Assembly (NCBI GenBank): GCA_013239625.1 | Contig: MU053431.1 | Coordinates: 124,001 to 188,000 of the forward strand | Direction of reading: 5' to 3' | Source of the DNA: Lama guanicoe | Lineage: Eukaryota | DNA length: 64,000 nucleotides | Part shown: piece after piece, positions 1-11,460 of the stretch | Layout of the letters: each line of letters starts with the position of its first letter | How positions within the stretch are numbered: position 1 is the first letter of the stretch | The notes under the pieces: generated by a model | Told to the model about the DNA's origin: nothing | The model's database searches: none | The model's input: the letters and a program-made list of their open reading frames with translations, nothing else | Position numbers and translations under genes: made by a program

Positions 1-4
1 TTAC

Positions 5-79
5 CCATGTTGGGGCGAGTCGAGAGAGCCATGGGCATCTGGAGCCGTGTCATCGCTCTGAAGATTCATCTCAGTGTCC
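5..79 (-). other. Candidate 75-nt exon of an unidentified minus-strand transcript
   Basis: Minus strand reads cacctccctgtatctcag|GGACACTGAG...CAACATGG|gtaa, cut by the window edge. Length is a multiple of 3 and only one frame is open (DTEMNLQSDDTAPDAHGSLDSPQHG). No protein recognised. Confidence 0.35.
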
Positions 80-337
80 CTGAGATACAGGGAGGTGACA
101 GCCATGGTGTACGTTGTATGATATGAATTATGCACCCGATAAATCTGCCCAGACAGCAGCCACGGTGAAACAGATTGTCTCAGATACACACACATACACA
201 CTGTCTGCCTGCCAGGTTAGCCTCCATCTTTAAGCTGAAAAAACAAGGCACAATTCATTCTAAGAAGAAGAAAAAAGAACCTCTCACTTGAGGTTTCAGC
301 CCAAACACTCTGACACAGTGGTTCTTCTCTGACTCAC

Positions 338-366
338 TGCCCTGGGACCCTGGCGAGGTCCGATTC
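338..366 (-). other. Candidate 29-nt exon (alternative donor would extend it to about 288)
   Basis: Strong acceptor ttcttctcttcttccag| and donor GCA|gtgagt on the minus strand. Frame ESDLARVPG(Q) joins in phase with the 5-79 exon. Confidence 0.3.
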
Positions 367-829
367 CTGGAAGAAGAGAAGAACTGAATTCCAGCAAGTG
401 CTCAGTGGGACCAGTGCTCTGGGGAGAGGCCCTCCTATCTGCCCTCCACCTACCACGATGGTGAGGCTGGGGTCACATCCTGCTGCCTGTGTGCTCGTGG
501 GAGTGGACGGAGAGCCAGTCTGTCTCTGTCCCTGTGTCTGTTACACTCAGCTTGACCCGTGTGTACACAAGGAGGAAATGAAGAACGGGGGTGGATACTT
601 GTACACACGTAGACACGTGGCCATGGTGCTGACCGACCTCTCAGCTCTGGGGTGAGCAAACAAGCAACGTACTGGAAATTGCCTGGAATCAGCCCTTCAG
701 TAGAACCACATGCTATGTTTTAGTCACTCCATCCCTGATGCGCTCTTGTCTTTCCCCACCAGCCTCCTCCTCTCCCTCCCTGTCTGTGTCACTTGTCTGT
801 ACAGGCATGTAGCCTTCGTATGTCCATTT

Positions 830-2480
830 CTCCCTCTCATGCTGTTAAATTGTTTCTGAAAATTTCCACGGCTGCACAACCTGCCACAAATTTAGATAAC
901 CGTTTCTTTGTTCTTGAGCACTTAAGTCTTTTTCATTAGTATTTACCATTATAACTATCACATCTCTGACATCCTCATTCTTAATTTCTTTGTCTTCATC
1001 TGAGACTATTTCTCAGGATATTTTCCTGCAAGGTTGACAGCATCACGTCCTCTCTGCAGTGGACTCTGCTAGTTGACGCTCCCAGCTTTATGCATTCTCC
1101 AGTTCTCCTTTCCTGGGCCACAGTGAGCATCATAGCTTTCAGAATTCTTCCCAAGTTTCTTAGTGAGAAATAGTCTCTTGTTACTGAATTCACTTAGTTT
1201 CTAGTGAGTGTAAACATTTGCATTTTCTTTTGTGCTTACCTATCAGGTCTTTTGACTGTTTTTCATCGGGGTGCTATTTGTTCTCTTATTTAGGAGATCT
1301 CCTTCTGTGTTAGAATACAACCCAGATATTTTCTCCAGGTTATCACTTCCCTGTTAACTCTGTGATCATTCATGAATCCACATGGAATTTACTTTTGTGC
1401 AAGTCATGCAGTAGGAATCCAACTCTGTTTCATTCCTAAATGAGTCCCTAGTTGTCACATTGAAGAATCCACTTTTATGCTATTGATTTTAAACGTCACT
1501 TTTCTCACACAGACTATACCTGGGTTTGTTTCTAAACTTTTATTCTGTCCTCGTGTTCTCTGTGATTGTTCTGGGTAGTAACAGACTATTTTAACTTAGC
1601 GTACAAGATGTGTGGAGGTGCACTTGTGCTGTTACCCTCCCCACCCCCACCCCGTATCCTGCCTTCCCTCCCTCCGTCCCTCTCCATTTCTCTCTCTCTT
1701 TCTCTCTCTCATAACTTTTAGGCTGATCTTAAACATTTTTTCTTCTTAATAAACTTTAGAATCATGTTGTCAGGCTTCAGAAGACCTCATGTTAGGATTT
1801 CAATTGGAAATTTCATTTAATTTATAGTTTAATTTAAAAAGGTTTGATATTTTTACTGCATCATACCTTCTTGTTCAAGAATATGATGCATCTTTTTTAT
1901 GTCTTCATCATCTTTTATATTTATCAGTAAAGTTAAAATTTTTATAAAGTCCTGCACATTTCTTACTGAGATATCTCGAGCTGTGTTACATTTTTTGTAG
2001 CTATTATACATGAAATCTTTATTATTTTTCTAATTGGTTATTATGAGGACTTATTTATTAACAGATGACTTAGTAAACTTTTTTTTAACCTCAATAGCTT
2101 TTTAGATGATTATCTTTTGTTTTCCAGGTAGACTTTTTAACATGAAAATAACAATCTTATTTCTAACTTTCCAACAGATCGTTTTAGAATGTTTAATTAC
2201 TTTCCATAGAACAATGTAAGTATAAAGGTGATGGGGATTCTTACCTTTTATAGACATTGATGAAATGCTGTATTTTACTGTTCAGGGTGATATTACATGA
2301 AGATAGTTTTCTTTATCATGACAGCAAATTTCCTTCTGATTTGATTTTAGTAAGAAATTTTGTCAGAAATGAACACTGAATTTCATCAGATGCCTTTCTG
2401 TGCCTCCACCCACATGGGAGGTAATAGGATGTTCTCAGTTAAGCTCTCATAGAATACCTTATGCTGAATCCGAAAGTACT
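830..2480 (-). mobile_element. Old, degraded L1 (L1M/L1ME-like) ORF2 and 3' fragments
   Basis: Long T-rich tract with antisense L1M-like phrases (e.g. ttaggattttcaattggaaatttcatttaatttatag; tcttttgttttccaggtagac). No intact ORF. Confidence 0.65.
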
Positions 2481-2889
2481 TTCGCAAGTGCTCCTTCTAC
2501 CTTTAGCTTCTCTTCATCACTTTGTTGGCGTGTCTTCTGTAGACACAGTTAGATATCTGTGTACCAATGTGAGATGTATCATTTAATAGAAAGCTTAACC
2601 CATTTACTTTTTCATCATGATGGATGTGATATGCTTTGCCTTTTTTTTTTTTTTTGGTCATCCTGTTTTCTGTATTTATGCTTCCTTGTTGTTTTCTTTG
2701 CTATGTGAATTATATTGTCTTTGATCATTTCTTTCTAGTAATCTTGAAAGTATGTGTCCTCTTTTTATTTCCATTAATAGTTATTTTTAAGTGTTAAAAA
2801 ACACCAAAACTTGTATTTCCATAGTTATCAATATTAAGAAGAATGAACATTCATTGTTATCTCCTTCCTATCATAAAAGGAATATACCA

Positions 2890-3200
2890 GTTAAGAAAAT
2901 AAGTCTGACATAGGCAGCTCTTAGCCTTGGTTCAGTAACTCAGCAGTATCAGAGCTAACATCTCTGCCATTCTCTTCTTCATGGTAATGACATGGCTGCC
3001 ACAGCTCCAGTCATCGTATTGATATTCACGGTAGTAAGAATAAGGGAAAGGCTATGCTAGCAGAAGTCCTAACACCTAGAAGACTTTGATTAACATCTTA
3101 TTGGTCAGAATTCTGACATATAACCTTCCGCCTCAAACACAAAATGTTCAGGGAGAGAGCACCTCTCCTGCCCAAGTAGTGTATATGGCAAGGAGGAAGG
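2890..3200 (-). mobile_element. Old MaLR LTR fragment (MLT1I/J/K-like)
   Basis: Phrases atggctgccacagctccag and catcttattggtcagaa resemble antisense old MLT1. Confidence 0.5.
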
Positions 3201-3959
3201 GACATCAGCCTCAGATCAACTTACACACCTTGGTTTCCTCCCATCATAATGCCGTCTGTGGGGACGGTCCCACTGAATGAATGTTTCATCTGTTGTAATG
3301 TTGCACTGACAGCATCAGTTAAAATGATGGATGATTTAAAATTTTCCCAGCACATAGTAGGTGGTTAAAACACATTAGTTGAGCCATCTCTTTAGCTCTA
3401 TTTGCAAATCACCTTCGTTTAAGTGGCTCTGCTTAAATTGCCAAATTTCATATCCTTTATTCTATGATCTCATTTTTTATCTGCATTTCATTCCAATGTT
3501 ATTGCCTTTTTTATTCCAAGTAATAACAAGATACATTTTCTTCAAATAATTTGTATTGAGTTATCTATGAAAAAAGTTCCTTCTATAAAAAACACACATA
3601 ACAAATACTGTCACAAGCATCAGGAATAAACAAACAGGTATCTGTCTCTGCTGGTACTGCTCTCTGATGTTATGATGTTTCGTGTTTAGATCCACAGTCT
3701 GGTTAACTCGTTTATGCCTTTAGAGCTTTTCCGGTTTAGCAACTGAGACTCGAGGGGGCAGGGTGTTGACGGTGGATGTCTTTTCATGGTTCTCAGAGCC
3801 CTTGAGTTGAAAATGGGCAAACACTGGCATGTTTAGTTTTACTTATGTTGCAAAGTTTATTTAATTATATACACAGTTGTTACTTAAATGGACACAAATC
3901 AACTGAAAGTTTACAAACAGGGAAACCACAGGATGGTGCATCTCCATGGTGCTTCAGAA

Positions 3960-4150
3960 AGAACTCAGGAGCCAGAACAACTGGGTTCAAATCCTGGGTC
4001 TTCCTCCGGGAGCTGCTTGACTTAGGCCCCTGTGTGTTCTCTCTGAGCCTCAGTTTAATATGGTTTATATACTTACAAATCCATGTATAACATCAGGTTG
4101 GTACAAATGTTGTTGGTAAGGCTTAGGGATTATATGAAAGGGCTCTGAAT
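3960..4150 (+). mobile_element. MIR SINE
   Basis: ctgggttcaaatcctgg ... ctctctgagcctcagttt MIR core. Confidence 0.7.
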
Positions 4151-4789
4151 ACTAAAAGAAAATATTCATTTTGACCTTGGTAATTGCCTTCTGTCTTGGT
4201 AAATTTTCAACTCAACATTGAACAGTGAAAGTGGAAACCTTAGCTCTGGAGAAATTCCATCATGCTCAGCTCCTCACTACTTTGTCCAGGTGCATTTGTA
4301 CCAATGGGGCGGCCATGGTGGCCATCACACCCGCTGTCTTCCAGCTGGAAGAACTTTGCCTGGGTCACCTGATGTGGGAGCAGCACTGGCTGTGTGTGTG
4401 CGTGGGTGGGTCACCTGTGAGATCAGGTGTGGACACCTGGGCAAGGACATTCCAACCTGGGTGGACTGGTGTGATGGGTTTCGCCCAGTAGAGGGTGGGA
4501 AACCTAAATCTGGAATGTGGTGGCCCTGCCCCTTGAGTGCTTGATAAAACCATCTCAAGATAAGACAAGAAATCCAATACCCTCCCCAGTACCTCTGCCA
4601 ATCCAAGGGGCTGCCAGTTCTCATGTTCACCTTTGACTCCAACCTCCAGCTTCTCTCCAGTTTTTGAATCACATCCCTGCATGCGCTGTCCATGCTTTGT
4701 ACCACTTTGACCCAGGCATGGATCAGTCCCTCCTCCGTTACCATAACACAGTTTATTCACAACTGTCATGATGTAACTCCTTGACAGTT

Positions 4790-5187
4790 CAGCCTTCTGG
4801 TTCTCTACTGCTGAGCACAAAGCACCCCAACTTAGTGGCTTAAAACATTAACACTGTGACTCTTGGAAGATGGCTCACTCATCTGGCTAGAAAATTGGTG
4901 CTGACTGTTTGTTGAGCAGTAAGTAGGACTGTTGGACCAGATTCCTACCCAGGCAGGTCTCCCTGGGGCTGCTTGGGCTCCTTCCCAGCATGGCCCTGGG
5001 CTCTGAGTGTGGATTCCCGGGGACGGGAAGTAGAGGTACAGGAGTCTCAGGCCTGGGACCTGATCCAGAAGACAGCAGAGCAGCGCTTGACCTTTATTCC
5101 ATTAATCAAGTAGCCAGCACAGACTCACGGGAACCCCATCTCTGAATAAATTGTACATGAATGTGAAGCCATCTTTAGTCTACTACA
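4790..5187 (-). mobile_element. MaLR LTR (MLT1F/H-like)
   Basis: caccccaacttagtggcttaaaaca; aagatggctcactca; ends gccatctttagtctactaca. Confidence 0.6.
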
Positions 5188-5859
5188 CTTGAGCTAGTTA
5201 TCACCACCACCAACCGCCAACCAAATTTTAGACATTGTGATTCCTGGGAGTCCTTCAGACAGCCTGCCTGGCCTTGGGGAGGCTCCCCATTCCGTCTTCC
5301 CTCATCTTCACCCTCAGCTTTTCTCTGTCTCCCTCACTGTTCATTTCTGTTTCTGTTCATTTCCAATGCTTGGCAACTTAACAACCTTTCTCTTCTTGAT
5401 TCCTATTCTCCTGATTTCAGGATCTCATCTAACCATGTGGCTTTTTAAGGCATTTTTCTAAGCAAAGACATATCTCTCCTTAAGAAAATCAAGTTACCAG
5501 CTCAGAGAATAACATGTTTTTTGACGCTGCTGCTGAGAAAATGTGAACCATGATCCACCCCATTGTCTCCCTTCCTCCCCGGGCTTCACCTCTTCCACAC
5601 CAACCGGGGAGACACACTGATCTCCCTGCTTCCCACACACACACTGCCTCCCATCTTCCATTCCCTCTGCTCCCAGTGCTCTTCCGGACACATCCACCCC
5701 CCTTGCTTCTTGATTTTGTTAAAATGCCAGCTCACTGGTGATGCCTCCGCTGCCCCCACCCCAGCCGGCTCTCTCCCTGTTACCCCTTGTGCTCCTGTCC
5801 CCAGCACTTAATACCATGTAGCATGCGCCTCAGGGACTAATTCGGTTGCCTGCTGTCTG

Positions 5860-5990
5860 TCTCCTGTGTGGGCTGGAGCTTTGCCTGATTGCTCACTGCT
5901 GCCTTTTCAGTACCTGGAACAGTGCCTGGAACATAGTAGGTGTTCAGTGAATATTTGCTGAGTGATTATTAAGTGAATGAATAAAAATAC
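5860..5990 (+). mobile_element. L2 3' end
   Basis: acagtgcctggaacatagtaggtgttcagtgaatatttgctgagtga...tgaatgaat, a typical L2 terminus. Confidence 0.75.
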
Positions 5991-7749
5991 GGTGAGGACT
6001 AGCCAGTAAGGATTGGGAATACAACTAAGGTGACCCTGCCCCCCGTTTGCCTGGTACTGGAGGATTTCCCATGACACGGGACTTGTGGTATTAAAACCGA
6101 GAAAGTTACTGGCAAACAGAGATGAGTTGTTCATCCTCGTGACAGACCCCCAGTGGTCCTCAGAGACTCAAGACCATGGGGGCCTTGAGGGAAAGTCAGA
6201 GGGTGTGGTTGTCCCAATCAGAATTCCCAGCTCACAGCCACGTGCATCCCGGCCACAGTATCTGTTCCTTAAGGAGGTCACACAGCTCAGCATCACAGCC
6301 CCACACTGGAGGATGTGGAAGGCTGCTGTTCTGACGGAGGAAGAACACAGCTTCCAATTTCTCCAAGCTGCTTGGAGCCTCTGTGCTTTACAGTGTTGCT
6401 CAGACGTGCTGGCAGGGAGCCGGTGCAGCCTCCTTTCCCTGTCTTCCTGAGGGATCCGCAGTGCTGCCTTCTGGCCTCTGGCTTTGCAGGGCTCTGTAGC
6501 AAGCTCAGGCTCCTAACGGGATGCAAGAGACAAAGCAGGCAGAGAGGCACAGAAGTGAGCTGCCGGGGCTGGACCAGGGCACCATCCCTGCCCTTTGACC
6601 CTGCCGTAGAGGCGATGCAGTGAGGAAACAGGCCTTCCTGCTCCGCTGGCCTCTAGCCTAGAGCTGGACAGGCCCTGGTGAGCCCTTCGGTTGGGCAGTG
6701 ACGGGGGGAACAAGCACAGGTAGACCTGAATGGGGGCAAAGCAAGTCTCCTGAAGACTCCGAGCAGGGGGACACCTGGAGCCTCTTGGAGGGCTTGGCTG
6801 GCAGAGGTTTGCTCTGGCACCACTGCTGCCTGGGCAGAGTGGGCTCCCACACTGCCTGCCAGACATGTCCCTCCTGGGCCCACAGTTTTGGCTCCATGAC
6901 CCTGAAGCAGATTTTCAGGCCGTGCGATAAAGCAGAGCGCCTCCATCAGTGCCAGCTCTCGGCGTCTGCCCTGAGCCATGGGAACGTCTCCGCTGCGCCT
7001 CCCAAGGCCCCAAGGCTGCGGCTTTCTGCTGCGTGGTGCTTACATCTGCTGTCACCAGCCAGCTGCGGGGTGACAAACAGTCACACTCCGATGACTTCCC
7101 CCCATGTTCCCAGGACATCTTCAGAGGGAAAGAGAGTCTCCAATTGTGTGCTTTTTTTTCCTTTCCCTACCAAGACAATGTTCGGTAATTAATGGCATAT
7201 TTAAGATATGCCAGAAAGTTTTGCGTTTTTCTCCAAGGAGGAATTAAGTGACAGCACGTGCTTAGACACAAGTCCAAACACAGCCTCCTTCCACGCCGGT
7301 AATCGGGGGATGTGCTGTAAAGGACTGCAGATTGTTTTGCCCTGCTGAGAAAAATCCTTTTTGTTCAGGGCGGAGAAAGTTTTTGACAGTGTGTGCTGCT
7401 GCAGAGGCATCTCAGCAAGGCCTTTGTTAAAATTTACTTCTCGTCTTTTATTAATGAGCTTCAGTTCAGGGAGACCATCTTGTGGGAGAATGAAAACCCC
7501 GCCGTGGAAGGCAGTTTTTAAGAGTTGGCTGGGATTTGGCGACAAGTGACTCAGCAGCTAATATCAGGGTGTTCTGGCTGCAGGGGGTGGTGGTTGGCAG
7601 GGAGGGAGCAGCTGGGCAGATGGTCCTGCAAAGGATGGTTGGCAAGAAACAGACACTGCGCAGGCTCACTGGGACCCCCTGGGTCTGCATTTCCCCCATC
7701 CTGTGATTTCCCCAGGATTGCGATAGACTGTCCCAAGTGGGGACGTCAT

Positions 7750-7890
7750 CTCTGGAGCCAGGCAAGCTTGGATTTGGGTCCGATCTCACCTCTTCCTAGC
7801 CTGTGACCTTGGGCAAGCCTCAGTCCCCCATCTGTGAAGTGTGGAGGGTGTCCAGTGAGACAGTCCTGCTCGGAGCTCAGCATGGGGTGG
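7750..7890 (+). mobile_element. MIR SINE
   Basis: ctgtgaccttgggcaagcctcagtcccccatctgtgaa MIR core. Confidence 0.65.
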
Positions 7891-8049
7891 CACAGGGCGG
7901 GGCTCAGCACATCCCACTGCCCTGGAGTCCACTCAGGCAGGGTCCTCCTCAACCCTACAATTCTTTAGTCTTCTCCTGAAGTCTGTCCGTGCAGCCTGTC
8001 CATCCTGGAGTGTAGGTTTCCCGGCAGGTCCACGTTGTCTCCAAGTTTG

Positions 8050-8850
8050 ATGACACTTAACCCAGAGAACGTTCATAGGACTATTACTTGGAACAGCCCA
8101 AAGAGGAGACAACAGTTGTCCATCAGCTGACAAATGGATTAACAAAATGCAGTCCATCCACACCATGGGATGTTATTCCCCTGTAGAAAGGAAGGAAGCA
8201 CTGATAGACGCTGCGTCAGGGGTGAATCCCAAAATAGCACGCTAAGGGAAAGGAGCCAGTCCCCAAAGGCCACTTTCTGTGTGATTCTGTTTCCATAAAA
8301 TGTCCAGAATGGGCAAGTCTGTAGAGACAGAAAGGAGATTAGTGGTTGTCAGGGACTGGGGGAAGGAGGGGGAGGGAGTGACTGCTGATGAGTGTGAGGT
8401 TTCTTTTTGGGGTGGTGACAGTGCCCTAAATTAGAGTGTGGTGGCAGATTCGCGGTTCTGAACATGTGCACCTCAAGTTATTCTGCTTTATTGTGCTTCC
8501 CTGAGACTGGGTTTCGTTTTTTACAAAGTGAATATTTGTGGCAACCCTGCTTCAAGCAAGTCTATCAGTGCTATTTTTCTAAAAGTGTAATTTTAAAATT
8601 AAGGAGTGGACATTTTTTTAAGACATAAAGCTATTGCACACTAATAGATTGCACTAAGTGTAAACATAACTTTTATATGCATTGGGAAACCCTAGAATTT
8701 GTGTGACTCACTATATTCTGATATTTGCTTTATTGCTGTCTTTTGGAGCTGAACTTAGAATATCTCCAAGGTATGCCTGTAAAAAAAAGATTAAATTGTG
8801 TATTTTAAGTAGGCAAACTGTGCTGTATAAATTACATCTTAAAGCTGTTA
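8050..8850 (+). mobile_element. L1MB-type 3' end, interrupted by a Tigger1 derivative
   Basis: tgtccatcagctgacaaatggattaacaaaatg ... tgtccagaatgggcaagtctgtagagacagaaaggagattagtggttgtcaggg. The L1 tail resumes after 8781 (aattgtgtattttaa...taaagctgtt). Confidence 0.8.
8463..8779 (+). mobile_element. Internally deleted Tigger1 derivative (TcMar-Tigger MITE)
   Basis: Tigger1 left-end sequence (tttgtggcaaccctgcttcaagcaagtctatcag) is fused directly to right-end sequence (taaacataacttttatatgcattgggaaacc ... atatctccaaggtatgcctg), followed by TA. Confidence 0.85.
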
Positions 8851-9089
8851 ACTGAAAATGAATTCCTGTCCTTCACTGTCTGTCTGTCTGCACCGTGTAC
8901 CACACACATTTTTGAATACTCTGGTTACATTTGTACCCCTTGTACACAATGTATATATTCATGTGCGAGACAGAAAATTATGGAAGAGAAACTTGTACAT
9001 GCTTACTCTAGACCGATTAATGCAGTGGTTCTCAAACACTGATTCATGGATTAATGTTATTTAATACTGAAATATTTTTTAAAAATAGG

Positions 9090-9250
9090 ACAAAGTAGTT
9101 AATAGTATTTTATCAAGGTAATTTTTAGTTTTGACAAATGTGTTATGATTGGGTAAAATTTCATCCCTGCAGGAAGCTGGGAGAAGGGTATACAGGGACT
9201 GCGCAGTGTTTTTGCGACTTTTGTGAAAATGTAAAACTTTTCCAGAATGG
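9090..9250 (+). mobile_element. L1MC/MD-type 3' UTR fragment
   Basis: ttttgacaaatgt...ggaagctgggagaagggtatacagggact...ttttgcgacttttgtgaa. Confidence 0.65.
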
Positions 9251-9495
9251 AAGCTTGCTTAACCCCTCCCCCCAAATAACTAACAACAATAGCAACAAAC
9301 AACAACAAAATGAGGATGAAGGTAGTGGCTTTAGCAGGAACTCAAAATAAGGGACTATCTTTTATTCTCAAATTATACGCTAACATTTTTGGTGTTAAAG
9401 TGTCCTTCTTACGAAGTGGCATTAGATGGAAATTGTATTTATTGTTTCCCACTTGATGACGTGAAGGTACCAATTCTATGTTAGTTCTCCAGAGT

Positions 9496-9787
9496 TGTAG
9501 CGAATGCTGTTGGGATCCTGTTCCCGGTTCTCAGCCTTCACTCTTCCCCTGCTTGGTTGGGACTCTCTGACGCTCACTGACTGCGCTGTCTCCTGAGGCC
9601 CTGGGTGAGCCTGAGCCCCAGCGGTCCACATGCGGACCCTGCCCTCTGATGTGCATCGGTCACGTTGGCTCCTTCCTCCCCTGCCTCACTTCCCCACCCT
9701 CAGTGTTTGCCGGGGTCACTTCTCAGTAAAGTACCTGCCCTCAGGGTCCCAGCCTTGGTCTGCTCCTGGAGTACCCAAATTAAGACA
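9496..9787 (+). mobile_element. ERVL LTR16-family solo LTR (shortened)
   Basis: Starts tgtagcgaatgctgt and ends ggtctgctcctggagtacccaaattaagaca, matching LTR16-like termini. Confidence 0.65.
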
Positions 9788-9959
9788 CTTGTGGCTTGTG
9801 AATTCCAGATTCTAGGGACCACAGACTAAGCGTAAGACAGAAATATGGACTAGCTGACTTAGCCTCCAGGATGGCCCCGAGCCTTTCCCACGCTCAAGGA
9901 GGGGGCCGCGGGGTGTGTTCTAGCTCCTTAAAGCGCCACGGCAGAGCCCCGCAGCTGAG

Positions 9960-10316
9960 GGGCCTAGGCAGCACCAGCCTGCTGTGTCAAGGCCCTGGAG
10001 GCTGGGGGTCTGAAGCTGAGCTGCTGGCCGGGCCGAGCTCTCTTTGCAGGCTCCGGGAGCGTCAGTCCTTGCCTCTTCCACCCACGTCAGTGCCTGCCAT
10101 CCCCGGCTCTCCTGCGCTCGCCTCTGTCTTGCTTGGCGTCTGATCTCCTTTTCTCACAACCCAGTCACAGTGAAGTAAGAGCCCACCTGCTCCAGTATGA
10201 CCTCATTTTAACTTAACTAGCTGTGTCTGCAGTGACCCTAGGTCCAAGTAAGGCCACATCCTGAAATTCCAGGAGGACATGAGTCTGTGGGAGACCCTGC
10301 TGCACCCTGGACAACA
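9960..10316 (-). mobile_element. MaLR LTR (MLT1B/C-like)
   Basis: ctccagtatgacctcattttaacttaacta...tctgcagtgacccta...ccaagtaaggccacat. Confidence 0.7.
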
Positions 10317-10779
10317 TGCAGAGAGGAAGAGAGACTAGACCCTGCTGTAAGGAGCTCACAGACTAATGAGCGAACTGAGCAGACGGACCAGCCAGTGAAT
10401 GATGACAGAGATAAAGACTTTCTAAAACAAGACTCTCAGCTAACATGGGAAGGAAACCTGGCCTGGCCTGGGGAGATGGAGGCCGAAGCGCCAAGAACCC
10501 AAGTCAGGCGAGCAAAGCACATTCACAGATGTCCACTCCTGGCAAAGCCAATGCACTGTTCTCAGCTGAGCATCACAGCTATTTCCCAGGCCCCAGGGGG
10601 TGGGAGCTCCGGGGAGCAGGGGCGGAGGGCCGGGAGCAGAGAGCAAGTGGAGCAGTGCGCAGACATGAGAAATGCTTGATTCCCTGACCTACATTCAGCC
10701 AGCAGCTTTCAGCGAGCTCTTCAAGGAGCTTCCCCTCCACCCCCTGTGCCCCCCCCCTCTCCCTCACTGAGACCTGGTT

Positions 10780-11460
10780 ACCTGCCGGGGCCAGCGAGGA
10801 CCCACAGGGGCCCCTTGGTGCTCCAGGTTCAGGTCTGTTCAGAGAGGACGAATCTAGGAGTGGAGGGGGGAAGGGAGGGGCAAGAAGCCCAGAGGGAGAG
10901 CAGAGGGAGAGCAGAGGGAGAGGGGGAATGAAGAGAGGGCGAAAGAGAGACGGAGAAAGCTAAAAAGGAAGGGGTGGGGGAGGGGGGAGATCTTTCAAGG
11001 GAGCAGAAGTGCCGTTCCACCTGGAGCCAGAGGCTCCGTCCCCTCCCGCCCCTCCCTCCTCCTCCTCACCTCCCTCCTCTCACTGGACATTCCTGAGTCC
11101 CCCCAGTGCACTAGGCAATTGCTTTGCTGGCTGCAAACCGCCAACAGTGGTTTCACCCGGGAAAACCACATTCAGCCCGGGGCTCCCAGCAGTGAGCAGC
11201 CTAAGTAATTGCGTCTGAAGCCCCTTTGCTGTAAGGGGTTGACTGGCATTCATTCCTTCTCAGATGTCGAGATTGATTGCCTAAGAAAGACCAGGAAGTC
11301 ACACCGGAAGCCCTATTATTGGGGCGAACAGCGTAACTCCCCTGCTGCACCGCAGAGCGCAGGTTCGGTTCGGGCTCTCGGGGAGGCGGAAGCGTTAGCT
11401 ATGAAATGACTGCGTGGTGCGGCTCAGACGTGAAAGCGCGGCGCTCAGGACTGCATGAGG
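10780..11460. promoter_or_regulatory. Candidate promoter or first-exon region
   Basis: Long purine tract (about 10857-10990), pyrimidine tract with GC-box cccgcccc (about 11045), local CpG enrichment at 11320-11445, and a strong minus-strand donor CAG|gtaacc at 10782/10781. Confidence 0.3.
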
